A stretch of DNA of 63,978 nucleotides, the filler included, from Stramenopiles sp. TOSAG23-3 (taxonomy: Eukaryota): the NCBI GenBank assembly GCA_900128585.1. It is 5 parts of 5 records of this genome, joined end to end, with 100 filler letters (N's around TTAATTAATTAA, not from the genome) between each part and the next. Parts side by side here need not be neighbours in the genome. Positions count along the whole stretch, not along the records: positions 51,290 to 63,978 come from LT642668.1; 4 more parts are not named here. One strand, given 5' to 3'. Of the stretch, positions 54,501 to 63,978 are shown in pieces (within the stretch, counting starts at the first letter, position 1; the number at the start of each line of letters is the position of its first letter). The notes beneath the pieces were generated by a model that worked only from the letters and a program-made list of their open reading frames with translations, did no database searches and had not been told where the DNA came from. The translations under genes and the position numbers were made by a program.

Positions 54501-57363
54501 TTGTTGCAGACTCGATTTTGCCTTTAATCCTTCGCACCGTGGCCCCCGTGTCGCTGACGTTCACACGAATTGTCAACGTTTGCCCAGACATCATCTTTAT
54601 GAGAAAGCTAGGCTTGGGTTTCAAAGAAATATCTCTGCACATTTTTAGCCGTTGGTCGAACTTCCGTAGGAGCCTCAACTTGGTCCATTTATTCATTTTC
54701 TTCTTTTCCGGCACGGCCCCGTCAATTCCAACTGCGGATTTCAAGGAATTGATGACATTTTTTCCCATCTCTTTCTCGGCCACCCCTATGGTGCTACCGC
54801 GCCTCTTCTTGTCTATGATGCGACAGCAAAATACTTTGAAAGACTTCAGCAGCCGACCGCAAGCCCCCAATTTCTTTTCTTTCACCTTGATCCCCAGGCG
54901 CACAAGTTCATCTTCCTCGTCGTCGTCTATGTTGGTATTCTCAAAATTACCAAGCAAAATGGCCAGGAACAAGTTCAAAACGATAAAGTTGCCGAGGACG
55001 ACAAGGGTTATAAAGTATGCGGCCCCTCCCGCTCCAGCAACACGCATCCCATCGTACATAATGGTGTTCCAATTCTCCCCCGTCAGGACTTGAAACACGG
55101 TCGCCACCGCCCAAATAAACGTGTCAAAATTTGCCCTGGGGACCTGCCCGCTCTCGTACCCGTTTTCCAACATGCTCAACGGTTCGTTTGTTTCCGGGTC
55201 AAACCGAAATTTGTTTGCGAAGAGCTGCATGCCGATTAGAGCAAAAATATAAATAAAAAGAAACAAGACAACGGTAAAGTTGGCAATATCTACGAGGGTC
55301 CTGGCAATAGTCTGCAACAGTTTTCGCAACGACACCCAGGAGCGGGCCAATTTAAAGACGCGGAAGAGTCGAAACGACCGCAGCGCGGAGACAGCAGATC
55401 CGTCACTTTCATCTTGCCAAGGGGGGGCAAAGATCAACTCGACCGTGCCAGAAATAACTATGAACGCATCGAACACATTGAAAAAGTCTTTGATGTACTC
55501 TCTAATCCCCACACCAAGCAGTTTGATGACCATTTCCATTGCAAAAACGATCGACAACGAGAAATTGACCCACTCCATAGTTTGTTCTTCCTGTTTGTCA
55601 AGAGGAAACCGGTCCAAGGACAGAATTACAGTGTTTGCAACGATCATGAATACGATAAATATGTTGAAAAATGAATTTGTCGCAATTTTGTAGCACACTT
55701 TTATGCAGCATATAGGGCTATTCTGGTCGTCGGGCCAGAGGTACTTGTAGCAACGTTTCAATGCAGACATTACGGACGTTTTTGTCAACGTCGTCAGCCG
55801 CTTGTTCAGCTTGCCAAGGGTCGATAAGCGTCGGATTTTCCCGTGCTTCTTTATCATCTCCATCTCCACCCGTGACTTTCGTTGGTTTTCTTCCTCTTGC
55901 GTGCGATCAAACTGCTCCCAAAGGACCGCCAGCGTCAGGTTTAGGAGAAAAAATGAACCAAACAAGATGAGGAACGTAAAGTACACGGCTGCAAATACCC
56001 CATTGTGACCATCCATTAGCTGGTACATGACGTCTACCCAGCCTTCCATGGTGATGCATTGGAAAATTGTTACAAAGGCGTTTATAAAGTTGTCAAAGTT
56101 GGTGAAACCGAAGTTCCTCCCTTCCACAAAATCGGCTTGTCGCATGGCCCTGGGGTCGCGGAATCTAGGGTTTCCAAACGAGTCGTACGCCGAGCCACAC
56201 GCCAGGTGGTTGGGGCACTCGTAGTCTCCGCTGCTATCCGGGAGACTGCAGACCCGCTCGTCGCTGGCATCCGATGGCCAGAAGCACGGTTGGCTTTCTA
56301 TCCATGGCGAATCTTTCATATCGACCCAGTTGGGATTTTCAACGGGTATAGGGACGCCAGGTCGATCGCTCATGTTGCACCTGTACATGCCTGGATTCAA
56401 CAGCACCCGTTCCAGAAACGGCACGCCAATGTCGGCTGACAACGGCATGAGGTTATCAGGGGGCATGACAATGGGAAACGGTGTCAGGCGGCAACGGTTG
56501 TGCTGTATCCCACTCCATATTTGAACCCCCAAAATTCCAAACATGAAAAACATAAACATCAGCAGGGCGACGACGTTGAGCAGCTGTGGTATTGCAGACA
56601 GCAACGAGACGATCAAGACTTTCATCCCCGGGACAATAGTCAGGCTCCGCAGGGGCCGAAGGACTCGAATGGCCCTAAACGCACTAACGTTAGGGAAATC
56701 AAAAAGTGTCAAAACGCCGGCGACGACGACGATAAAATCCAACCAGTTCCACCCATTGCGCAAGTACGCACCTTTTCCGGAAACAAATCCCATCGCCACA
56801 ATCTTCAGGGCGCACTCGAAGAAAAATATCCATGTAAAAAAGGGCTCACTCTGCTCTACGACGGCGTTCCTCCACGACCCCTCTGCCGTCGGCTCCAGCG
56901 TCGCCGGGTCGACCACCGAGTAATCCTGCAGTGCAAGAATAATAGAGTTTAGCACAATCATTAACAGGATGGTGTTGTCAAAGCGGGGATGGACGGCCAG
57001 CCATATAGCATACTGCCGAACCTTGCTGGATTCGTCGAACACACAACAGGACACAGGGGCGAACAAAAGCTCCTTGCCATGCACTTTGAAGTTGGCGGGC
57101 AGCTCCTCCGAACGAATCATGGCATCCATCGAAGACATCGTTTCCGGCTCGTGGTCTGCCGCCGCAGCAGCAGCATGGTTCTGCAACGACGATTTCCCTT
57201 CAGACAACGGATGAACGGCTGCCTTTGACATTCCCCGCTTCGACGAACTTTTCAATATGTTTGACGCTTCCGCAAACCCGCTCGACTTCTTCTTCTCTCC
57301 CCCCCCACCATACTTATCCTTGTCGCCCTGCCGTTTAAGCGATAGTATTTTAGAAAGGTCCAT
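51571..57363 (-). CDS. Four-domain voltage-gated Ca2+ channel alpha subunit (EEEE filter) with internal ubiquitin-like domain
   Basis: Four 6-TM repeats with R-x-x-R S4 helices. Pore motifs TMEGW, TGENW, TTEGW and TGEAW. EF-hand-like and IQ-like C-terminus. One 1930-aa ORF. Confidence 0.95.
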   Translation of the reverse strand: MDLSKILSLKRQGDKDKYGGGGEKKKSSGFAEASNILKSSSKRGMSKAAVHPLSEGKSSLQNHAAAAAADHEPETMSSMDAMIRSEELPANFKVHGKELLFAPVSCCVFDESSKVRQYAIWLAVHPRFDNTILLMIVLNSIILALQDYSVVDPATLEPTAEGSWRNAVVEQSEPFFTWIFFFECALKIVAMGFVSGKGAYLRNGWNWLDFIVVVAGVLTLFDFPNVSAFRAIRVLRPLRSLTIVPGMKVLIVSLLSAIPQLLNVVALLMFMFFMFGILGVQIWSGIQHNRCRLTPFPIVMPPDNLMPLSADIGVPFLERVLLNPGMYRCNMSDRPGVPIPVENPNWVDMKDSPWIESQPCFWPSDASDERVCSLPDSSGDYECPNHLACGSAYDSFGNPRFRDPRAMRQADFVEGRNFGFTNFDNFINAFVTIFQCITMEGWVDVMYQLMDGHNGVFAAVYFTFLILFGSFFLLNLTLAVLWEQFDRTQEEENQRKSRVEMEMIKKHGKIRRLSTLGKLNKRLTTLTKTSVMSALKRCYKYLWPDDQNSPICCIKVCYKIATNSFFNIFIVFMIVANTVILSLDRFPLDKQEEQTMEWVNFSLSIVFAMEMVIKLLGVGIREYIKDFFNVFDAFIVISGTVELIFAPPWQDESDGSAVSALRSFRLFRVFKLARSWVSLRKLLQTIARTLVDIANFTVVLFLFIYIFALIGMQLFANKFRFDPETNEPLSMLENGYESGQVPRANFDTFIWAVATVFQVLTGENWNTIMYDGMRVAGAGGAAYFITLVVLGNFIVLNLFLAILLGNFENTNIDDDEEDELVRLGIKVKEKKLGACGRLLKSFKVFCCRIIDKKRRGSTIGVAEKEMGKNVINSLKSAVGIDGAVPEKKKMNKWTKLRLLRKFDQRLKMCRDISLKPKPSFLIKMMSGQTLTIRVNVSDTGATVRRIKGKIESATNIPPNVQSLFLEGKARELRDDEHPLELGLEDGATLRMVSLYSTSLYMFGAGSPFRIKLSDFVRSSLFDNTILVMIIISSLALAVDSPLLEGGNTFSRVLEVLDWILTIIFFLEMMLKIVASGFVLHRGSYLRNSWNMLDFLIVIISVLSKSGNASKYKWLKSLRTFRALRPLRMISRAPGMKLVVQAMLAAMPEMVNVVLVCILIFLIFAIVGVNNFKGRFYACQGALFEGFSAEQVHLLQYPKPYFELTALEQGWACSNATYSYMNTTTAAAATSQLVCEWMCGEWGPTIPQTFDNVGNGLLTLLEISTTEGWVDVMYNSVDATGIGMQPIENSTVTGPVLFYLGFMLVGCFFVMNLFVGVLLDNFERIKNELGENGLLTEAQLEWVRSIKVISKTLPLPKVPPPDSGIRKKCWEITQNPSFDEFIMGCIGVNTITMALVHIGAPETWVIFLQVCNYVFAFIFTVEAVLKLLALGTGYFCDDVYFGGIPSITQHKVQPVHGVRPPLKNLKISAMLQLKKLASLKTLYHKEEKKTTNDGKKSPPETHHHHKTIKRRKSFAKIPMSELNAIHNDKGFKKKIQKDHYEKESEPTVPEVRHVYNLWNIFDFTIVVGTLVGLFFQWTSTGGTAGGNVTMIAMIIRTFRICRIVRLVKRAKSLRMLFNTLLLTLPGLANVGSLLFLFLFIYAIMGVQIFAKAKLVGLLDDHANFQTLGNAMMTLIRCSTGEAWNTIMWDLSSASENCNEDPAYDPSICAFNGNAEGCVPVDGCGTPVAFPFFVSFTLLVTFIMLNMFIGIICDGFSEITNGESSVLSAQNFMEFTSRWQLFDPHATLYIRKDQLIELLKKVPEPFGFPEHIRKDQYALGNAVLSLGLPHYAGNYACYTDVATAMAKDMLHRSRGYQIEDLTLPDQHKQLVKFLTRFSVGHTSKMRTGFTTEHVYAAKLIMETYRVLRYRENLINTAGDSANNNSNNGEEKV

Positions 57364-58081
57364 CTATATGTGTGCGCTGGCCGTTAATACGAACGAAGCC
57401 CAGTCACGGACTCTCTCACGCACGCGGAAAGAGCGAGAGAGAAATTCTAATCCGATATTTGTTCACACCCGAAAAAGTTTGTTCAATGATGATAATAAAT
57501 CAGGAATATTTGAGACATTTGATATATATATTTACATTCTACTTCTCCAATTCTCAACTCACTCCTCTCTCACATTAAAAATTAGTATTACTATTTCATA
57601 TACTACTCTACTAAAATACGTAATTATTATTTAATATTTAATTATAATATTTAATATTTAATAATAATATTCTCCCCTCTTTTCTTTTTGTGGTGTAACA
57701 TTTAGTATTAAATATAGTAACGATGTAATAAAAATATTATAATATATTATAACGAGATACATCACTATTATTTATATATTTTATTATTATTACGAATCAT
57801 GATAAATAATATATATACAATTAATATAAAATCATCATCCGGATTCTATTGAGATGAGGAAAACGGGATCAGTTATTAATTTTTTAACGGACGATCTGAC
57901 GATTTGATTTGCCTTAATGTACAGGTATCATTGGTATTATAGGTATTACTATACGGGTACCCCGTACTGGTATTTTACTTTTAGGTACCGTATACTTAAA
58001 TGATATATACTCTACAGCTATACCACTATGAAAAATATACCCAAATCACCACAGACGATCGACTGAGAAAAACTCTTTTTT

Positions 58082-61000
58082 TTACAGCGGCTCCAAGGTT
58101 GCTACATAAACCCATGCGGAGATGACGCCACATGGGTAACCAATGCATTTCACACCAAAGGCGAACTTTGTCGATGGGATCTGCGTTTCGTGTATGTCAA
58201 GCCCCTTTATTTGTTCCAGGATCGATTTGATGTCCGTGAACGACGAGTTAAATGGGAACCCATACAGTTTGCTGGTCTTCTGGTACTTAGCGAACATGCG
58301 CGTGTGCTCGTAATCGGAAAACGGGATGTCTGACTCGAGGCCGCACCTTTCGTACTCCATTGCCAGCAGTGTTTGCTGCAACTCTCGCTCCAGGACGGTT
58401 TGCTGTGTCATAGGCTTGTTGCCGCGCCATTCACGAAACTCTTCCTTGATTGTTTGGTGGATCTGGCGCTCCAAACGTTCCAGGAACTCCGTGTCTGGTG
58501 GGGTGTACTCTAGATTTGGAATCTGGCAAGTTTCCCCGTGCGGTAATGGGTATTTGGCGCTGAAAAATGGTCTCCAGCTATTTGGGTCGTTCAAGTTGAA
58601 ATTCATCTCGTACGGAAAGTCTGACTCTTGAATATTTGCGTAGATATTGTCCTGGCTGGCGATAGTGCCAACACGAAGAGGACAGCCGTGGTCATCATGC
58701 GCGTACCCTTCGCCGGTGCTTGCGTTCCAAAACACAATGTCCCGTTCGGGGTCGGTATTGCTCACGCGCATGACGTACTTCGTTTTCCCTTCTGGTATTC
58801 CCGTCCCGATCACCAAATATGATTTGTAGTCGTTCCCGTCGATGTAATTGAAGTAGTTGCACAGCAAAACTGCGTGCTCTTCCCAGTCCCCTGCGCAGAT
58901 CTGAAGAAAGTCGTGAGAGTAATTCCACGCCTCCGCTTGCCCTTGGTTGATTTGAAAGTCCTCCAAAAAGGGTATCAAGGACACGAAACGAACAACCTGC
59001 GACACGGTGTTCATGCGTTGCCCTGTCAGGCCGATCGGAGGCGCTTGGGGGCATAGGAATTTCGTGATAAGCAGCATGTCCCCTTCTAGCGTTGGCGCGA
59101 GCACCATCACCTCGCGGTCCTTAAACATTTTCTTCCCCTTCATTCTCGAGATGAATAACCTCGCTTGCTTTTGCGTCGCGTTGTCCTCGCCGCCTCGTAT
59201 TTCGGGAACGTCGTCGTGCGGAAGAACCAATGGCGTCTCCAACGTCGCCATGAGGTGCAGGGTCGTGGCATTTGCTGCTCGGTCTTTCACCGTGCCCAAT
59301 GCCGACGTATCTCGCCCCGTCCCTTCGTTCTGCACGGTCTGGTAGCCCAATTTGATGAGCGGCGTGTTGACACGAAAGTGCCCGTGGACACGCTGTTGCA
59401 AATAAATCGTAGTAAATGGGATACTGAAGGATCCAAGGTACCGCTTCGAAACAATCGTGGTCAGCTTGCGCTTGTCCTTTCCAACCCCCCGTTGCTGGCT
59501 CTCCGTCAGGTCGAACAACGTTACCGTGACGTCGTCCCGCTCTAGTAACAAGTTATCTGGTGTCCATGAGTTCGCGCCAGCGTTCTTATTGGGCTGAAAC
59601 GGCAAGTAAATTGCTTCCCCCCAGCTTGGCGTGGTCCCTTGCTGCGAGGTCGTCGCCACCGAATGTCCTTGGAAGGAGCACTCCACCATAATGTTCGGTT
59701 GGAGTCGATCGACCTTGTCCTCGCTGTCGTTTTGCGGCTCTTCGCGCTGGCGCCGTCTTGGGCTAGGCGACCTGCGGCTCGGGCTCCCGTCCCGCCTGCC
59801 ACCCACGCTGCTGCTGTTATCCCTTCGGGTGGGAATGTTGTTGGCACGGACGACTTGCAGAAACAAACGGCATGTTCGAACAATTGCTTCGGGCTTCCTC
59901 GTCTGCGGTTGTGGTCGTAGTCGCCGTCGTGGGGCGAACAGGCCAGCCAGAAACGAAAGGTCCAGCTTGAACTCGGGCATAAGGCCTTGCTTCACAAACG
60001 CAGAGGCTTCATGGCTATGCCTCCTGCGAACCACCCCAGACGATGCACCTTGAATCTTTTCTACAAACCCTTGAATTCGCCGTTGCCTTTGCAGGATGAT
60101 TTGCTCGTCAAAGTCGGCCCCTTCGATGTCATCCTCTTGAGTGTCCGCCTTATCGGAAGGTTTGAGCAACGAACGCCAGTGGTGGTCTCTTTTAATTTCT
60201 GCATCCGAGAATGGAATCGGTCCGCTTCCAGAGAACATGTGGGGGACCGCGGACCGCATTTTCAAAAGGTTTTCCCGCGCCGACGATTTGAATAACCGCC
60301 GATCGGACGTAGAAAATTCAACCCCGTGCTGCTTTCGGGAGAGTCGAAACATCAAGTTTTTTTTGGTTTCCGTGTCCGACGCATCCGTTTTTTTGCCGAG
60401 CACATCCTCTAAGCTTGGGTCATTCGGATCATGCCATGCATTGCCTTTCAACACCTTCGATAATTTTCCCGATGTACCAAGGCCCAAGGGGCTGCCCGCA
60501 ATAATCTCGTCGCCTATCAGCCGCGATTTAGCGTGTCGGAAGTCCTTTTCAGGAAGCAACGATATTAACTCCCCTGTCTCGGTCGGCGTCTTCGCCCCTA
60601 GGGACGCAAGCCAGTTCACGGTGCAGCAGACCGCCCCGGACGTGTAATGTTCAACAAAATCGGTGTTTCGCTTGTCCTCGTTCATTAGTGCGGTGCCGAC
60701 GGACTCTGCCACAAACTTACCCTCTTTGGGGCGGGCATTGCGCGCGCCCGGGCCTTGCACCCCTACGCTCTTGTCTTTCCTAAAAAGGGTGGGCTGCTCG
60801 GCGGAAAATTGGTGGTAAGAATCGACCGGGGTAAGCGCGGTGGCACTAACGTTGTCGCTATCGCCCCCTGGGATCGATATCGGAATGGTTGCGATCTTTT
60901 TGTTCATGCCCGGCAGCATGCTTTTCTTCCACAGTTCCATGTGTATTCTGTGGGGCCGCCGCGTCACTTGAATAGTGAAGGATTGGTTGAAGTTGATGTG

Positions 61001-62674
61001 GAACAGGGGCCAGGTTAACATTCGGTCCTTCGTTCGCTCTATAAACTGGTCGTTAACAAACAGTTTTAAAAAGTAGGTTTCCGCGTTGATCTGGCGCCGC
61101 CTTTGGGACTCCGACTTTTCGACTTTTTCATCGTTGGTTTTCCCTAACAGAACTTCCTCGCCGTCGATGTTTCCCTGCGAAATCCTAAATATATTGTCCA
61201 CTTTGCTTTGCCTCGCTTTGATTTCTTCCCTCACCTCGTCGTACACGCGGTCCAAATTGCCCTTGATCGTCTCCAAATCGTATGCCTGGGCCTGAAACTT
61301 CTCCGGCATAAAGTCAACAATTTCTCGCACCAGTTTGATCATTTTTTCCACTACCTTGTACTTTTGGGACAACGAGGCTATCTGGTGGGCTTGCAACATC
61401 GACGGCGTGCTCTGGTAGCGCTGCTTCTTTCGCTGCAACTTCAACGCCGACCAAGCGGCGTAGACGTTCTTCCGGTACTGGGCCCCCGCCCGCTTGTTGG
61501 AGATTGCCTCGGACAGAAAGTTGATCTGCTGCATGGTTAAGTTCACTAGCTCGTCGCCGTGTTCGTTGTCTTTCAATCCGTGCTCCCTAACGTCTTCGAA
61601 CAAATTTTTCACGGAACCGTAAAAGCTTCCGAGGCGGTTCAAAGAGTAAGAAAGGGAGTCGGCACTCATATGTCGCCAGTACTGGTGATATTCCGCAAGC
61701 AATGCTGCGTTGAAAAAGTCCTCAATATCGAACCGTGGGTGTTTGGAAAACATCATTTTCTTCACACCGACTTCTAAACACACCGGCGCCCGGCTCCGTA
61801 GGCGCCCATTGCTGTCCACCTGGGTCCGCCGGCGGACGGCCCGGTACTGTGGGTTTTTTATTTCGTCCTCTTCAGGCAGCGTTGGGCCCCGCCTTGTGGG
61901 CGCTAACGGGTTCGGCAGCAGACGAACATTGCCCTCAAAAAACTGTTCCTCGATGGGGTCCCCTGTCCGCACGGAAGTCAGCAACGCTTTTGATGGGTTG
62001 TCCTGTAGGGAATCCAGGTTTGCACGAAGGACGTCTTTGTCGACGGTATCCCCGGGTTTTAAATTTCTCAGGTTCCGGTCGGCATCAGCGGTTCGTTTCA
62101 ACCTATCGCTCACGGCCAGTACGTTTACCGGGGTCGCGTTGACGAGTTTCGGCGCAAAGAACCCTTGCTGTTGCATCACCTCCCTTCCTTTTCCAAAATC
62201 GGTCGATGCTTGGGAAGCGCTCCGCTTGGGCACAACAACCTCTTTTATCGCTTCCGTGCTTGGCAGCACGGTGAATTGAAACGCTTTTTGGGCCATTTTG
62301 GCGACCGTCATCTCTTTTTGGAACTTGATCTTTCTGCCGTTTGCGGCACGGGGCGTCTCCACATCGGAGTACTCGGAGTCGGAGGTGTCGCTTGGCCGAG
62401 GGCTGTTCGACCTGGACCGGGGGCTGTTCGACCTGGACCTGGGGGATTGGTCCGTGTCCAACTTGAAGCCTTTCGCGTTTCCAAACCGAGAATTCTTCTT
62501 CTTTATCCGCGTCCCACCGTCTTCGGTTTCGTCTGATCCATTCTCAGCTTGCATTTTCTTCCGTGCCACCTTCCTCGCTTTCGCACGTTGCAAAGCGCTC
62601 ATCGGCTTCTTCTTTTCTCTATCCCTTCCCCGGCGGCTACGCACGCTTCGTGGTTCGTCGTCTTCGTCCGACAT
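58082..62674 (-). CDS. CC2D2A: Coiled-coil and C2 domain-containing protein 2A (MKS6), ciliary transition zone
   Basis: C2 domain (LQVVRANNIPTR..RYLGSFSIPFTTIY), RFVSLIPF, AGDWEEHAVLLCNYF, GFPFN and terminal SAWVYVA. Confidence 0.9.
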   Translation of the reverse strand: MSDEDDEPRSVRSRRGRDREKKKPMSALQRAKARKVARKKMQAENGSDETEDGGTRIKKKNSRFGNAKGFKLDTDQSPRSRSNSPRSRSNSPRPSDTSDSEYSDVETPRAANGRKIKFQKEMTVAKMAQKAFQFTVLPSTEAIKEVVVPKRSASQASTDFGKGREVMQQQGFFAPKLVNATPVNVLAVSDRLKRTADADRNLRNLKPGDTVDKDVLRANLDSLQDNPSKALLTSVRTGDPIEEQFFEGNVRLLPNPLAPTRRGPTLPEEDEIKNPQYRAVRRRTQVDSNGRLRSRAPVCLEVGVKKMMFSKHPRFDIEDFFNAALLAEYHQYWRHMSADSLSYSLNRLGSFYGSVKNLFEDVREHGLKDNEHGDELVNLTMQQINFLSEAISNKRAGAQYRKNVYAAWSALKLQRKKQRYQSTPSMLQAHQIASLSQKYKVVEKMIKLVREIVDFMPEKFQAQAYDLETIKGNLDRVYDEVREEIKARQSKVDNIFRISQGNIDGEEVLLGKTNDEKVEKSESQRRRQINAETYFLKLFVNDQFIERTKDRMLTWPLFHINFNQSFTIQVTRRPHRIHMELWKKSMLPGMNKKIATIPISIPGGDSDNVSATALTPVDSYHQFSAEQPTLFRKDKSVGVQGPGARNARPKEGKFVAESVGTALMNEDKRNTDFVEHYTSGAVCCTVNWLASLGAKTPTETGELISLLPEKDFRHAKSRLIGDEIIAGSPLGLGTSGKLSKVLKGNAWHDPNDPSLEDVLGKKTDASDTETKKNLMFRLSRKQHGVEFSTSDRRLFKSSARENLLKMRSAVPHMFSGSGPIPFSDAEIKRDHHWRSLLKPSDKADTQEDDIEGADFDEQIILQRQRRIQGFVEKIQGASSGVVRRRHSHEASAFVKQGLMPEFKLDLSFLAGLFAPRRRLRPQPQTRKPEAIVRTCRLFLQVVRANNIPTRRDNSSSVGGRRDGSPSRRSPSPRRRQREEPQNDSEDKVDRLQPNIMVECSFQGHSVATTSQQGTTPSWGEAIYLPFQPNKNAGANSWTPDNLLLERDDVTVTLFDLTESQQRGVGKDKRKLTTIVSKRYLGSFSIPFTTIYLQQRVHGHFRVNTPLIKLGYQTVQNEGTGRDTSALGTVKDRAANATTLHLMATLETPLVLPHDDVPEIRGGEDNATQKQARLFISRMKGKKMFKDREVMVLAPTLEGDMLLITKFLCPQAPPIGLTGQRMNTVSQVVRFVSLIPFLEDFQINQGQAEAWNYSHDFLQICAGDWEEHAVLLCNYFNYIDGNDYKSYLVIGTGIPEGKTKYVMRVSNTDPERDIVFWNASTGEGYAHDDHGCPLRVGTIASQDNIYANIQESDFPYEMNFNLNDPNSWRPFFSAKYPLPHGETCQIPNLEYTPPDTEFLERLERQIHQTIKEEFREWRGNKPMTQQTVLERELQQTLLAMEYERCGLESDIPFSDYEHTRMFAKYQKTSKLYGFPFNSSFTDIKSILEQIKGLDIHETQIPSTKFAFGVKCIGYPCGVISAWVYVATLEPL

Positions 62675-63978
62675 GCTTCGTTTGATATGAATCTACGGCT
62701 TTCCCCAGTAAATTCAACACACTAATTGAGAACTCTGATACGAAACAAACAACGTAGGACAAGTACAATTTTTTTCCCTCCGATCGAAACACCCCGAGTT
62801 GAACCGCACGACACGAACACAGGTACAAAAACACTTTGGCGCGACAGCCAATTCAATATTTTTTTTATTATTTGTTTTTGTTTTGTTGTGGTGGTGGTGT
62901 GGTACACGCTCTATTATACATCACTATACCATTAGCTTTGGTTGAGCTTCTTTTATTTTTTGGAAGAAGAACTATTTTTATTACGTACTGTAGTTAATAA
63001 TAGTCGTCTATTATTTTTTAATTATTATATTTTATTTTAATTATTATTATACAAAAGATTGAACTGCTTCTACACCATCATCATCAATCATCCAAAGCAA
63101 CAACAGAGTTTTTTTATTTTTGAATTGATTCAATTAGAATACATTATTATATACTTATAAATTGGTATAAATACAAAGTACACAGTACTAACAATAGTAT
63201 TTTACCTATCAATGTACAACCGCAGACTCGACAGCTACACAGGAAAGGAATGTCGTTAATTTTTCAAATTTCCAGTCTATTGCCCAACCATATCATTTAT
63301 AATCAATTGGATGCATTGGCTTAAGCTTATACAAAATAAACGAGACCAACCACTATATCATATATGTGATATGTATTTTATTCTACGATTCATTACATTT
63401 ATTACCCACAAGATACTAAATTTTCAAATGTTGTATATAGTTTTAACAATATCCTTCTATTACCCGTGAAGGATGTAGTAAGTAATATACCATGTATCAA
63501 TACCTTCACTACCCTAATTTTTCAAAATTTTCATTCCTTAATTCTACAAAAACCTCGGATAACGGCCCAAGTGTATAATGTTATTAATTGAAAGAATGCT
63601 TTGCATTTCCATATCTTAATACTATATATCTTTGTCTTTTTAGTTTTACTTACATTGATTTTATATGATTTAACGGTAGAGAGAGAAGCTGTGTGGCTTG
63701 TACTACATTGAATATTATATAAACACGGGATTCTTCTCTCTATTCTTCCTTTTTTTTATTCTAAATTATATTATATATATTTACTACTACAGAAAAAAGA
63801 GATGTTGTTGATCGGTACGGTACGGTATGGAATGGTATTATACGTAGTACGTACGGTGTAGAAATTATTTGTTCTTTTTTTCTATTCTTCTTTCTTCTTC
63901 TTCTTCTTCTGAATTCTGATTCAATAAATATAATAAATAATCATCCACCACCACCACGGGAGGATAATAATGTAATAA

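Overview
This is eukaryotic DNA, not one continuous locus. Five contigs of about 12.7 kb (1-12734, 12835-25558, 25659-38380, 38481-51189, 51290-63978, in descending length) are joined by artificial 100-nt N44-TTAATTAATTAA-N44 linkers. The genome is gene-dense and intron-poor, with medium-to-high-GC genes in very AT-rich, microsatellite-rich spacers. CC2D2A indicates a ciliated/flagellated organism; a protist such as a stramenopile is plausible but only inferred. About 25 CDSs are visible, including GST, a WD40-TRAF zinc-finger protein, an HMG-box protein, TXNDC9, a modular collagen-like protein, a beta-lactamase-fold hydrolase, a GH27 glycosidase, a SMYD-TPR-2OG fusion, DUF1826, a COG0523 GTPase, a TMC channel, DCAF8-like, LIG4, ARSK-like, TDP2-like, an EEEE four-domain channel and CC2D2A. 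Four short spliceosomal introns can be reconstructed. The top observations are: (1) a conserved two-module non-coding element (core TTAAAAACAAGAAAATTGGCTGTTATT) near gene 3' ends on independent contigs; (2) a bacterial zinc-starvation-type DUF1826 + COG0523 pair kept adjacent in a eukaryote; (3) a ubiquitin-like domain inside the II-III linker of a Cav-type channel; (4) a SMYD-like/TPR/lysyl-hydroxylase-like fusion on the same contig as a Lys-rich collagen; (5) a MITE-like element with perfect 21-bp TIRs. All family calls come from motif recognition by eye, not database searches.
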